64,000 bases of DNA from Tubiluchus corallicola (Eukaryota > Animalia > Priapulida), in assembly GCA_030141605.1 (NCBI GenBank), contig JAQGDQ010000362.1, forward strand, positions 172,133 through 236,132, given 5' to 3'. The position numbers and the translations under genes were made by a program. Below are positions 1 through 12,073 of this stretch, one piece after another (positions within the stretch are counted from its first letter, which is position 1; each line of letters begins with the position of its first letter). The notes beneath the pieces were generated by a model. The model did no database searches. It saw nothing but the letters and a program-made list of their open reading frames with translations, and had not been told where the DNA came from.

Positions 1-277
1 AGAAAATATATTGGCAATTTAAAGTTAGCCTAAAAAGATAGTTCGATTCATAATGTGTAACAAACAACTAGCATTACAAATATTTAAATCCTCTATGAGT
101 TATCTTACGAATCGCCGTGATAGGAAACAACGAACAAAAATGAATGTGCTTCATTGAAACTAGGCAAAAGTTACGTAACAACTAACACTAAACCACAAAA
201 CCAAAACCAACGGTATCTTCTTGGAGACTGAAGTTATGCAATGCTAACTTATTTTGCAACAAAAGTGAAAATTTCAG

Positions 278-3200
278 GTCTTATGCAAGAATGTGGTCAT
301 GTTGATTTGTATCCTAATGGAGGTTCAGTTCAGCCAAACTGTGGATCACCTCTAGCTGCAGCTGCTGATGCGATCTTAAATCTGGAATGTAAGTAAATAT
401 CAACATTCTACAATATCATCTGCGGTAAAAGCAGCACTTGCGAGAAAAAAGGCCTAGTTCCTAAAATTTTCAAAGTTAAAGCTTACCTATAAAACGTACA
501 TTAAAAGAAAAATCACGAGCTTATAAGCTTCTTGCCATTCTGCGATATTTTTTTCATAAAAGTGTATACTAGAAAGTCTAGCCAAAATTTTAACACAATA
601 GCAAGTGCAAAACCTTTCAAGACGAGATTATAAGAGGCTCCATACCTCAACTTTTATCTCGGCATCAATGATACCTCGAAAAGGTACACAAATACATGTA
701 AACTTTACTGACCATCTTTTAAACAAACTTTCAAAAAACAATTTCCAGTATCTCTTCTTCAGAAATTTCCAATTTCGCCAATTTCTTGCAATAATTTTTT
801 TTCTTTAATGAAGAACGAGAGCTTTATTTAATAAAGTTATATAAATATGCAATTTAGATGAAAGGTTAACTTGTTTTAATCTGAAAATTATGCCAAAGTG
901 TTAAAGTTCACAATTTAAGACCAAAAATTATACCGTACATGATGGGTGGGGGCGGATCTAAAATGTGTGCTAATAAATAATAAGTATTTATTTGTTATCG
1001 TACGTAATAGGAGAAAATATGTTAATGGTAAGTACGCGGTAATCCATTTCCGGTTTGGTCTTTATTAGTTGACAAGGTTTTTGATTACGCCGCTTGCAAT
1101 CATGCACGAGCGCCATGGCTCTACGTGGAAGGATTGAAAGAACATTCCTGGGGCGTCCATGGATTCGGTTGCCACAGCCACGAGTCTTTCGTTGGGGGAA
1201 AATGTGACAACAACGGCATGACTGACGTAACAAGTATGGAACTGTACACCTTCCGAGGAACAGCCTATTTGGATACATTTGACGAAGAACAAGAGAAATA
1301 TGCTGGTAAGGATTAGCATAATAAAGTTTAATTAAAGCAAATTTAATTTAATTATGGCAAATTAAATCGAAAAGTTCAGGTTTTGCGTAATCGATTACGC
1401 GATCCCATAACAAACAAATAAACTAATCAAGCCTCAACCAACCAACTACTAACCAGCCAGCCTGCCAGCCAGTCAGCCAGCCAACCAAAAAACCAACCAA
1501 CCAACCACACATAACCAACAAACCAATCTACCAGCTAACCAATGAACAACCAGGCAACCAGCCAATCAACTGACCGATTGACCGACAGACAGACCGACCA
1601 ACCAAACAACTAACCAGTCAACAAAGAAACTAACAAACCGTCCATATGCCAAACCATACATCTGCAAATTGCCTTTCAGTCAGCCATGCTGCTAGTAAGT
1701 CACTCCGAACAACCGACGAGGAAAATAGAGTACAGCAACTGCCGCTTTCTACATGAATGATAATTTAAATAATGTTTTAACGTTTTTACAGGGACACATT
1801 TTCGCATAAAAGTTGTAATAGGAGCCACCGAGCCGTATGGGAGTATTTATGCAACGTTGTTTTTTAGTACTGGAGATACAAAAACAATTCAACTTACTGA
1901 GTAAGATTTGCTTTAATGAAATTTTAGTAGTAATAAATTTATTCTGAATGTGGGTACTTGCTTAGTTGGTTTCAGTATCATTATTAGGCTTAGCAAGAAC
2001 ATCGTTCAAAAAACTATCTGAACGTTACTATTACGTGTTCAGGAAGGCAGATAATAGGTTTAACGTTCGTGAAAGTTAATATGTGCATTTGTAAGTAAAT
2101 ATTTACTAAGTTAGGTAAAGTAAATGTAAATATTTACAGTAAAGTAAGTTATTAAAATAAAAATAAAAATCTTTCAAGATCTTAGCTATGTCTAATGGAT
2201 GTCAGCTGATAGAGCCCGATACGGACGAAAGTTTCTGAAAAAAAATAAAGAATCTTTGAGATTTATGGGCATTTTGACTTATTCAAACCCATCTGGTGGT
2301 GACCTTACCCTTATTCAAATATTTTCACTGATTGGCTAATTTGGCTTCGGTAATTAGTCATCTGTAATAGTTTAATTAAACAATCTACATCTTTTGTGGC
2401 GTATGCACTTATTTTTCATTAGCGTTCTTAATGAGACGCAAAACATGTCAATTAAAACGTGTTATGAAATCTGTCAAAAATGATAACATTAGTGCGTATA
2501 GTAAAAGATAACAGTAAAAACCATGCTTTGTCGAAAATTTGTCAATTTGCTATACAGTTAACATCATTCTCATTGTACGTATAGCAGTATATTAAAAGAA
2601 ACCCATAGCGCCTACATACTCAAAGTACCAATTTCTTCTAAATCTATTTATAAATACATGATTTAGTGGAGATGAAATTGCTTCTGGTGACTACGCATCC
2701 GCTGTTATGCTCGCAGACCGTAATTTATTAGGATCAGACGTCACAAAAGTGGACATTAAATATGAAAAAGGATTTTGGTGCTGGCCGTGGAACTACAATA
2801 CTATGGAAGTTGCCGAAATAGACGTGCTCAACTATGACGATGAAAACACGTAAGTCGTACACGAAAATATAAAAGTAAAATTTGTGTAATTTTAAAATTT
2901 AATTTAAAATATTTAAGTCAAGCTACTGATAATTCTTTTAATGTTGCGTTGAATGTTAACATTAAAACATTAACATTAAGCCCAGGAAGTCAGAACAACT
3001 GCGTTGTCGTTTCTTGCGCACCCATATCTTTAATGTTGCCGTAGCTCGAATGACATTGTTCGGAAACTTATGGCAATACTGGAATAAAAATTTATATTTA
3101 AAAATGCAAATTCAGGATGTTCCCAAAAGTCTGCCATTCTGCGAATTTGCTATATTCAGCACGGCACCTTGTCAATATTCCCGGCGTTGCCGTTATCGTT

Positions 3201-3331
3201 GCCCTTACCGCTGCCACTTCACTATAGCTCTTCAATCAGTTTTACACTTTTGTCGTTTCAGCTGGACATCGACCGACGTTAAGGAAATTGATGATGACGA
3301 AACGGTGTCATTCATACTGTCAGCTGTTTGA
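278..3331 (+). CDS. Pancreatic lipase-related protein, paralog 1 (5' part lies outside the window); exons 278-388, 1069-1305, 1792-1900, 2667-2849, 3262-3331
   Basis: GT-AG exons splice in frame: ECGHVDLYPNGGSVQPNC..(lid)..AACNHARA (catalytic His), GFGCHSHESFVGGKC, then PLAT-like GTHFRIKVVIG..KYEKGFWCWPW..WTSTDVKEIDDDETVSFILSAV*. Intron phases match the three downstream paralogs. Confidence 0.9.
1430..1640. repeat. Degenerate tetranucleotide repeat (CAAC/CCAG/GACC)n, intronic
   Basis: Visible runs such as caaccaaccaactactaaccagccagcctgccagccagtcagccagccaaccaa. Confidence 0.8.
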
Positions 3332-3879
3332 AATTGAAACAACGCATCAAGAAAATATACATTTGGCGTACTAGGTGTTTGGATAGATAACAATACGTAA
3401 TAGATGAATGGAAATCAGGTGATGATGACTATTTATAATCATAACTTAATTGTAAATGCAATTATCATCGACAACTTACCTGTAGGTAATTGCAAATAAG
3501 TCATGATTATATATTCACGATTATAAAATGTTTAAAAATCTGGTACTGTTTAACAAACTACTTTTTATGTCTATCGGTTTAAGCTGGATTTGTTATACTA
3601 TAAGTTTACAGAATATTTAGCTTGGCATTTGATTAGAATATATTTTTAGCTTCTTGTTATCGTACAAAATACATGTACTGTACATTATTACACATGTACT
3701 GCACGTGCATTTAAAAAGGTTAAGAACTTTCTAGTACTTTGTTTAATTAGATGCTGGAATTTGGTGAACTAGGGTTTTATGTTCGTGTTCCTGACGCATT
3801 ACAATTACACCCTCAAAAATAAAATAATTACGTTTGTCGGATAAGACTAGATATTTATTGTCATTTGTCAATGTGAGTA

Positions 3880-4117
3880 CAAGTGCATGAATGTTACATC
3901 GAGTCTGGGGCGAAGCAAATTGTTCGTAAAATAAACACTCATTTCTCGATCTAAGACATTCTAGCAGAATAGACCCCTCGTCTTGTATTTGGCCACTTGA
4001 ACGAAGCCAATTTTCTACCGGCAGTCTCAACCATCTACCAGTTTCAATGCTTAATTGGCGAGAGCTACATCTAATTCTCGTCAACGCAATTCTTTGAAAT
4101 TTCGGTATACCACTCAC
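3880..4117 (-). mobile_element. Decayed 3' end of a non-LTR retrotransposon ORF2
   Basis: Translation RIALTRIRCSSRQLSIETGRWLRLPVENWLRSSGQIQDEGSILLEC fits the (R-L-S-S-H-x-L-x-I-E-T-G-R-W ... R-L-C-x-C ... E-x-H-x-L-x-x-C) zinc-knuckle tail of LINE reverse transcriptases, with several key Cys/His residues mutated. Confidence 0.75.
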
Positions 4118-6419
4118 ATAAACGCTAACGCTAAAGCCGGTTTAAACTTCAAATGTGTGCGTCGACGTGACTATAATAAATTAGTTATGGTGTTAAACTG
4201 AATGTTGCTGCGCATTTCGAAAATTTTTCAATCATTTTGCTGAAAATTGTCACAAGAGAAAACTTAGCGTTGTTAAGTATTTTAATTATTAGTATTAACA
4301 ACTGTTGAATGGTTTACCAGTTCTAGGTTCCACAATTCTCAAATGAAGGAGTAACTATGATTAGATTTCCACAGCATGATAAAGAAAAGCACCTCGCAAG
4401 TCGGCTCCTTTGTAAAAAATTATAGCAAATTGTTTTTAGTGTATTAATTAGAAGACTATTAAATAATGTCTCCTTCATGACGCCTTCGTTGCGTTATACA
4501 TTCACACAAAAAATAACAACATGTCTTGCCATGGTATTTCCTAACAGAAAACGCCTGCCGTCTTGCTTAATACCGTTAAACAATTTTTACTCAATTGGAT
4601 TTCGACTTTTGAATTGGTGGCCTCGGCTTTTTTGGTTTTGGTTTTGGTTTTCTGTACAGCTATCCTAACAGTTATTTTGCAATCAATGTGATGTGTATAG
4701 ATCACCGATTTTTGCGCGGATGATCGCGACATTAGGCAATTTGAGAAATACGTAAGTTTCTGCCTTTCTTCTAAGGTTATGAATTAGTTAACAAAATAAC
4801 ACAATCGGCACAACAATTCCTGTACACTGTGCCATTTTAGGTTTGCCTTTCCATATGTAGTTTGGATAATTTGTTTTCGGTGACCTTATTCCCTGTTACG
4901 ATCCGGAGTACCACAGGAGTTTGTCATTTATTGATGTTCTTCAGTGAAATCTCACGCAGGAGCCACCTTATTGCATTTTCATATGGAACAAATTGAGTAC
5001 ATAATTAAAATTATTAAGGCCATACATTTTCTAGTAACTCAATACCTATATTTACTGGTTTCGAAGTGTTATACTATGCAAAAGTTTATCAGAATTATAT
5101 TTCTTTTTCGAAAATTATATATTTTCATTTTATCCGCTCAAAACTTCAATATATTTGAATTCACTTATTTTAGTTTCACTGAATTCATAGTAACGAGTAC
5201 CGCTGTTATCTTAAAATTACAAACACGAACTTGGAAATGAGTAAATTTACCTTACTAGTGGCAAAATGAAAAACTTGCATTAAACCAAACGTGGCAGCCA
5301 ATTACAACAAACTTACAAAAAAGTTCAATACATGCTATACATTTGAGTGTATTTTCCTTGTTATATGCAGTAAGAGCGATATTCAAAATCTAAGTATTTG
5401 GCTTCACTTCCTTGAAAGGGTAATCGTGCAAATTTAACTGTACTAGGTCCGGCTGCTATTCGGCCAGGCTAACGCATATCTTTTGTTTAAGCATTTATGA
5501 TGCGTGACCAGAACGATTAGCTCTTTAACAGGAATAATGTCTCATAATACTTGTTGGGGGTATTCTAGAACCGCAACAGGATCTCAAATATTAGGGTTTT
5601 ATAGACAGTGGACGATATAAATCGCTACCGTTTCAGCTTTTCGCTCCTCCCAGTAAAGAATTTGCTGTAATTATTGCTAACAAACTTTAGAAAAACATTT
5701 GACAGGAAACGAGTGCACATACTACGTTTAATTTTCAAGGTATGTCATTTTTTATATTATAATTCAGTAATTATTTTCTTAACGATGGCGATTGTGATAC
5801 TAAAAACTTTGTTATGTAGCAAAAAAGTGAACTGGCGGGAATTTAGGCATAAGTTTCAAATGCATATCAGATTGTTATTTTTCACTTTTTATTTTTTAGA
5901 ATTACTTATTGTCGATGTTAATAAACACCACAAGATTACTGTTATTATTTTATCTTTAAAACTACATGAGGTTAATGACAATATATTTACTAGATTCTGT
6001 AATTTCAATACATCATAGTTTTAGCAGATGCTGATGTAACAGGCTAGTAATACTATCGTACATAAGATAATGACAGCGATTGACAAGAAAGAAAAATTTA
6101 TAAGTGAGCTTTTTACAGTTTGAAATGTTGCAGATATAAGTAAAGAAAGTAAAGGCAAATCAACAAGAGTAAATGGCAAGAATGAGTTTGTTGGCAAAAC
6201 TAATTGCAATAATTGGTAAGTATGTTAATTATTTACGTGCATTGTGATGAACTAAATAAAGCTAGATAATCTAAATTCGCTCAACTACATAATTATTGGT
6301 GGATGATATGACATGAGATGTCTCAATAAAATAGACACAATAAATATATTTTAAAATTCTGGCGTTTTCATTGTTATTTGTGATGTGGGGCTGTAGAACT
6401 ATACTTAACGGTACTTAAC

Positions 6420-6460
6420 TATATAAGCCCTAGTCAGTTATTAATTTAGTTATCAGTTGA
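6420..6460 (+). promoter_or_regulatory. Putative core promoter of lipase paralog 2 (TATA + Inr)
   Basis: TATATAAG at 6420-6427, Inr-like TCAGTT at 6453-6458, then ATG at 6464 and a strong donor G|GTGAGT at 6472. Confidence 0.5.
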
Positions 6461-6463
6461 GAT

Positions 6464-9400
6464 ATGACAGGGTGAGTATGCATTCTATAGACCAGGGTAG
6501 CCGTTGATCTAATCAGTAAACAGAGAAGAATATTATAGGCTTATTCATCCTACTGTTTCTACTCTTCATCAATATCTGCTATACATTCTGCTTTGCAAAC
6601 TTCCATCTACGCTGAAGATGCTACTCTGTAAAGCAAGTTGCTGACTTTCCTATTAGACGATGGTTTTCCAAAATTATTTCCTATTTCCTTCTACAGATTA
6701 GAAGCGAGAAATCTTCATATCTTGGAACGTGGCAAACCTAGACCTCAATACAAATAAAGTAAATGGATCGACATATAGGTTAATTAATAAAAAAACTGAT
6801 CTAGTCACATTTCCATTTTAAGCAATGTTAAACTGGAGTAATGCATGAACCGTCGTGGAAATGTTGTTACATAACTATGAGATTTGGATGCAATCCTTGT
6901 AAAAAATAAATTTCTATTCGATTCGGTTCTGTTCTATTCTATTCTATTCTATTCTATTCTATTCTATTCTATTCTATTCTATTCTATTCTATTCTATTCT
7001 ATTCTATTCTATTCTATTCTATTCTATTCTGATCTATTCTATTCTATTCTATTCTATTCTATTCTATTCTATTCTATTCTATTCTATTCTATTCTATTCT
7101 ATTCTATTCTATTCTATTCTATTCTATTCTATTCTATTCTATTCTATTCTATTCTATTCTATTCTGATCTATTCTATTTTAAACCATCAACAAGTTTCGT
7201 GGTAATTATTCATGCATCATAACTAAAGGAAAAACAAAACACGGTTTAGTTAATTAACATCTGTTTATCAACCATCTTTAGCATGGTTTGCTCAGATTCG
7301 TTGCTATTGCTGAGACAAATTTGTGAGTTTGCGATATTCGATAACTATTCGTACTTCTTTTCGTCCTTTCGTAATTAGTCTAGTAATTTACATTTTTGTT
7401 ACCTACACTCAGAGAAATCTTTACTGTCTTTCACAATTTACACTCTTTATATGTCAAATATGAGACATTCGGGGCAGGCAAATCTACTCCGACGTAAAAT
7501 TGTATTAATGACCCTATGATAAATGCACATACTTGCATCGGTAATTACTTTTCTAAAAAGTTAAGAGTTGTGTACCAGTTTTGTTTATTAATTTTACCAA
7601 GAATTAAATTTATTACCGCTGTATACGAAACTACCTGAGAGTTTTAGTAAGAGCGAGCAAATGCACAGAAGCATTTTATGATTTCCTGTTGTGTACATCG
7701 ACAACTTAAAGAAAATTCTTAATCTTCCAAATTTAAAATTTTATTTCAGTTGTATTTGGTCATGTGAAATCCAACGTTGTAGAAGAAAACTTCAAGAACC
7801 AGATAAAATTTGCTGTAGCTAAACGTGTTTATGGCAGACTGATGAAAGCGCTGGATGAGGCCCGAAACTTCTGCAAAATAAAAACGGTTAGCAAATTCTA
7901 TACGACTAGGTTACTAGGTTTTGTGTCATTTTGTGTCTAATGGCAATTATGTTTGTTTGAGTCAGGTAACTATTCTGAAGGAGTCTATTCAATAATGCTT
8001 GTTTGTTTGCAAGTTACTCACCTAATAATTTCACAACCTGTGTATTTGTAACAAAGTTGGTATTCAGAGTCTATCACTTTAAATATTTCATATAAAACTT
8101 TTTTATGGCGATTAAAGATGTGCTATGATAAACTGGGCTGCTTCGACAACAAAAAACCGTACGACAACGTGCTGTGCCAAGTTCCAGAAGATCCCGCTGA
8201 CTTGGGTACCAAGTTCCTGCTTTACACACGACAAGATCAGCTAACTCCAGAAGAGATACACTATTCAAGTGAACGTTCAGTGACGAGGTCAAGTTATGAT
8301 CCAACGCGCAAAACCAAATTTTTGATGCACGGTTTCACTGAAAATGGTCATCTGGCTTGGGTGAAGTCCATTGTTAAAGAAACATTACAGAAGGTGAGTG
8401 TATGTTGTGGCCATATGTTATATCTTGAAAAAACACTGCAACTACGATTATCTTCCTACGTTTCATCAAAGAACTCAGAATTTCACTAACACATTTTTTC
8501 TTATGATTCTTAGCGCTAATAAATAGTCAATTTAGACAAAGATTTTTAACATCTTCATCACTACGTAGTGTTTAAATTTTTCTTTCATTACATTCATTAC
8601 AAGCTTATTAATTTAAGTATAATTGTAATTCAAGTGCGAAAAATTAAAGTTTATTTGCATTTTAGGAGACCGTTAACTTTGTAGTAGTAGACTGGGAAAG
8701 AGGAGCTCGATTACCAAACTATTTTCAAGCTGTAGCCAACTGTAGAATTGTTGGTGCTGAAATTGCCTTGCTAGTTAGCAAACTTGGTGAGTGGAAAGGA
8801 TTACAAAACAGCAACGTTACTCTAATAGGTTTCAGTCTTGGTGCTCAGGTGGCTGGATATGCAGGGGAGCGCTTGCCTGGACTGAGCAAAATTATCGGTA
8901 AGCATTACTAGCCTGAATTTAATTAAAGTCTTCAGTGGCATGTCTGCGAGGTTGCATGAGAAATAAAACCTTAGTGCTGTGAAAAATGAATAAATTATTG
9001 CAAAATAGTTTCTTGTTATATCAAAATTAGAAATTTGTCGCATGTCACTTCAAATCTTTACAGCTTAGGGATTACATTTTCCGTTTTTACTACAGGTTTA
9101 GACCCAGCCGGTCCTCTTTTTGAAGGCGAAGATACCAAAGTTCGATTAGATCCCACTGATGCTGAAAATGTTGCTGTATTGCACACAAATGGCGGCGTTC
9201 TTACTCTTGGATATCTTGGTAACATACAGCGTTAATATTATTTGTTTTGAAATGTGCAGTAATAAGTGCAAATATAAGCAGGTGAGACATTTAATTAACT
9301 ACAGCTTAAATGCAACATTCAATTGACAGTGGATGAAATAATATGTAGGCTTCTAATAATTATATAGCACGTATTAATTTTGCTACGTGTGCAATAATAT

Positions 9401-12073
9401 TTGTTATTGTTCCTGCTTGTGCATCAAATTAAGACATCTGTAATTGCATGTAACTTTGCATTAGTGGCCATGCATGTGTAAAAAAGGAAATAAGTTACAT
9501 GCAGGAGGGCCATTAAACAAATATTGTATTTGTATAAATGGAACAAAATTCATGATTATAAAAAAGACATCAAACTCGATAGTTATTTTATTAGGTTACT
9601 TGCCGGAATGTGGTCATGTAGACTTTTATCCCAATGGAGGATCAATTCAGCCAGGATGCGGATCACCCACAGAAAGTGCTCTTGATGCTACAGCTAGCCT
9701 TTTTGGATTATCCTACACAGGTGTGTTTATCTTATTTTTATTTTCTAATTACATCATCACACAGGTAAAAAGAGAAAGATTTTCCTAAAAAAACAGGTTC
9801 AAAATAGTTTTCTAACGTAGTGGTTTCACTAGACCAATCGACCCACTTTACATATCATAGACATGTATTTTGTTCGAATTCATGTAGCCACTTGGCTTTA
9901 GTAGCAGGCAATCACTTTTCGGACATAGTGCAAATGTCAATATTCTAACTTGGAATCCCTTTGAAACCCAAAAACCAAAACCTTGCTATTTTGGAAGCCA
10001 AAATATAAGAAATCTAAGATGGCAGTGACCAAACCCAAAAAACCGAAAAGTTACTATTTTGGACGCCAAAAATATAAGAAATCTAAGATGACAGTGGCCT
10101 AAATTGGCAACTCTATACTGGAGGTATAGCACATTGATTGCACAATCATTTACTATTTTGGAAGCCACGAGTTTAGTTCCCGAATGAGTCATAATAAAGA
10201 TATAAGAAATGGTACCGCTAGTTCTTTGACTAACCACGCTTTAAGAATTGGTACCACTAGTTTTTTGACTAACCACGCGGGCTCATCGAATTAACAAGCG
10301 GGTAGTAATAATCGGGACCGCCTTGAAAATAAATATTGAGTTACTTTAGTTTTATCCCTGTTCTACGTCCTAAACAAAACTATTATATATGTGTTCGTCA
10401 TAGTGTCACTCATGCAAATTTTCATTGAACTCTACGTAGTCATTTGGTCGTCCATAAAAACCAAACTCGGCTCGCTTAACAATATTTTAGCGCTATATTT
10501 GATCAAGGATGTCATTGACTTCAATGACCCCCGTATGTCCGCCCCAGAAGCCCTATAATTCATGATATTTTTATTAATATCCATGCCGTTGTTCGGTTGC
10601 CGACAAAGTCAAACAGATTTACCTAATTGCAAAGATCTGCAGGATATTTTAAATGCTTTTATCCTTTCCTAGTTGACGTACTATATGGTGAAATGGACCT
10701 GCGCACTAACTTGCTTGACCAAGCCAAAGAAATTTTTGCCAAGTTGTACCATGTATTTGACCGAGCAGCTTGTAATCATCGCCGAGCTGTATATCTCTAC
10801 TCAAAAGCTTTAAGGCACGGCATCACTGGATTTGGCTGCGACAGTTACGAGTCTTTTTCCCATGGAAGATGTGACAAAGTTGGGATAGCAAGTCTGGAGA
10901 ACAGCGAATACAGAGGAAGTGCTTACTTACACACTTTGAATAAGCACAGTGGATACATTGGTAAGTACTTACTGAACATTTTGTGATTTTGATGTGAAGT
11001 CTGAAGATTTGTTTTTAATTTTTTTATACAACACTAATATAAAATTTTATTACGTAACGCATGAGTAGCCTAAAACTATGTTGTTAGCCCTCTAATCTTT
11101 CCCTCATTTTTTAAACTTAATTGCAGGAACTCATTTTCGTGTAAAGATAACTGTAGGTTCTGAGGAGCCTCGTGGGGAAATAAATGCAACCTTGACATTC
11201 AGTTCAGGCGAGGCACAAGCTATTCGCCTCACCAAGTAAGAAAATTTTCTTAAAATATTAAAATATTTAAAATAGAATTACATCAGTGTGTTAAAACTTG
11301 CATTAAATAGCTCTTCTATACAAAAATATTTAGGTGTATAGTCGCAGTGCATTACTTTTCTCTCCACTTGATGTAAGTTGTACGGCAGTGTATTATTTTT
11401 GTAGGAATGAAAAGGTAAACTCATCATCTAGCACTTCTGTGGTAATGGTAACTCAGTACCACCTCGTAAAAGAAAACATCAAAAAAGTAGATATTCACTA
11501 CCAGAAGGGTTTCTCTTTGTGGCCTTGGGTACATAATTCCTTGGATGTGGTAGAAGTGGATGTGCTTAACTACGACAGCAGAAAAAGGTAAGTGGAACAA
11601 CGCCAAAACCAGAACTGTGCCACTTGGCTTCCCGTAGCAACTAAGGCGACTGCATGGGGGACATATTTGTCTTTAGGAGACAAATGAGCATTTAATGAAA
11701 TGCATTAGCAATGTTAAATGGTTACGGCTGGACTGAACGTAGTTAAGTAGCAACGATGAATTTATTACATCTACGTTCTTTCTAAATAATATAAATTCCT
11801 TGAAGCATATATACCACAGAACTACAACATACATAACTATGGATGTTAAATTAATTTATAATTTTGAAGATTTATTTTTTCATTTAGATATTTGTCAAGT
11901 CTGATTCTGCATAGCAAGCGCATTGCTACCAAACAGAAGTAATCGCCCTAGGAATTTAGGAAAAATTTCCTTAACAATTTTGATGTTTCAGTTGGAGGAA
12001 CTGTGAGAACAAGAATATACCATCTGGTGCAACAAAATTATTCTTAATGAAAAGTGAAAACTGTAGAAGTTGA
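6464..12073 (+). CDS. Pancreatic lipase-related protein, paralog 2 (~531-534 aa, extended lid); exons 6464-6471 (tentative), 7282-7322, 7750-7886, 8118-8393, 8666-8897, 9096-9218, 9595-9720, 10673-10960, 11127-11235, 11405-11587, 11992-12073
   Basis: In-frame spliced ORF: [32 protein letters not shown] (Ser), GLDPAGP (Asp), [22 protein letters not shown] (His), PLAT domain ending WRNC..NCRS*. The first two exons are less certain; an alternative in-frame ATG lies at 7283. Confidence 0.92.
6912..7177. repeat. (ATTCT)n pentanucleotide microsatellite, ~50 units, two GATCT interruptions
   Basis: Directly visible. Confidence 0.98.
9960..10280. repeat. Short intronic tandem duplications (~68 bp unit and ~39 bp unit), probably a transposon remnant
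   Basis: ctattttgga(a/c)gccaaaa(a)tataagaaatctaagatg(g/a)cagtg occurs twice (~9986, ~10054); taagaa(a/t)tggtacc(g/a)ctagtt(c/t)tttgactaaccacgc occurs twice (~10203, ~10242). Confidence 0.7.

Noticed and set aside
6884-7222. ORF with (ILFYS)n
   Set aside because: It is a translation of (ATTCT)n.
8820-8860. Catalytically dead lipase paralog (GFSLGAQ rather than GHSLGAH)
   Set aside because: Ser, Asp and His of the triad and the oxyanion HGF are all intact; these substitutions occur in active family members.
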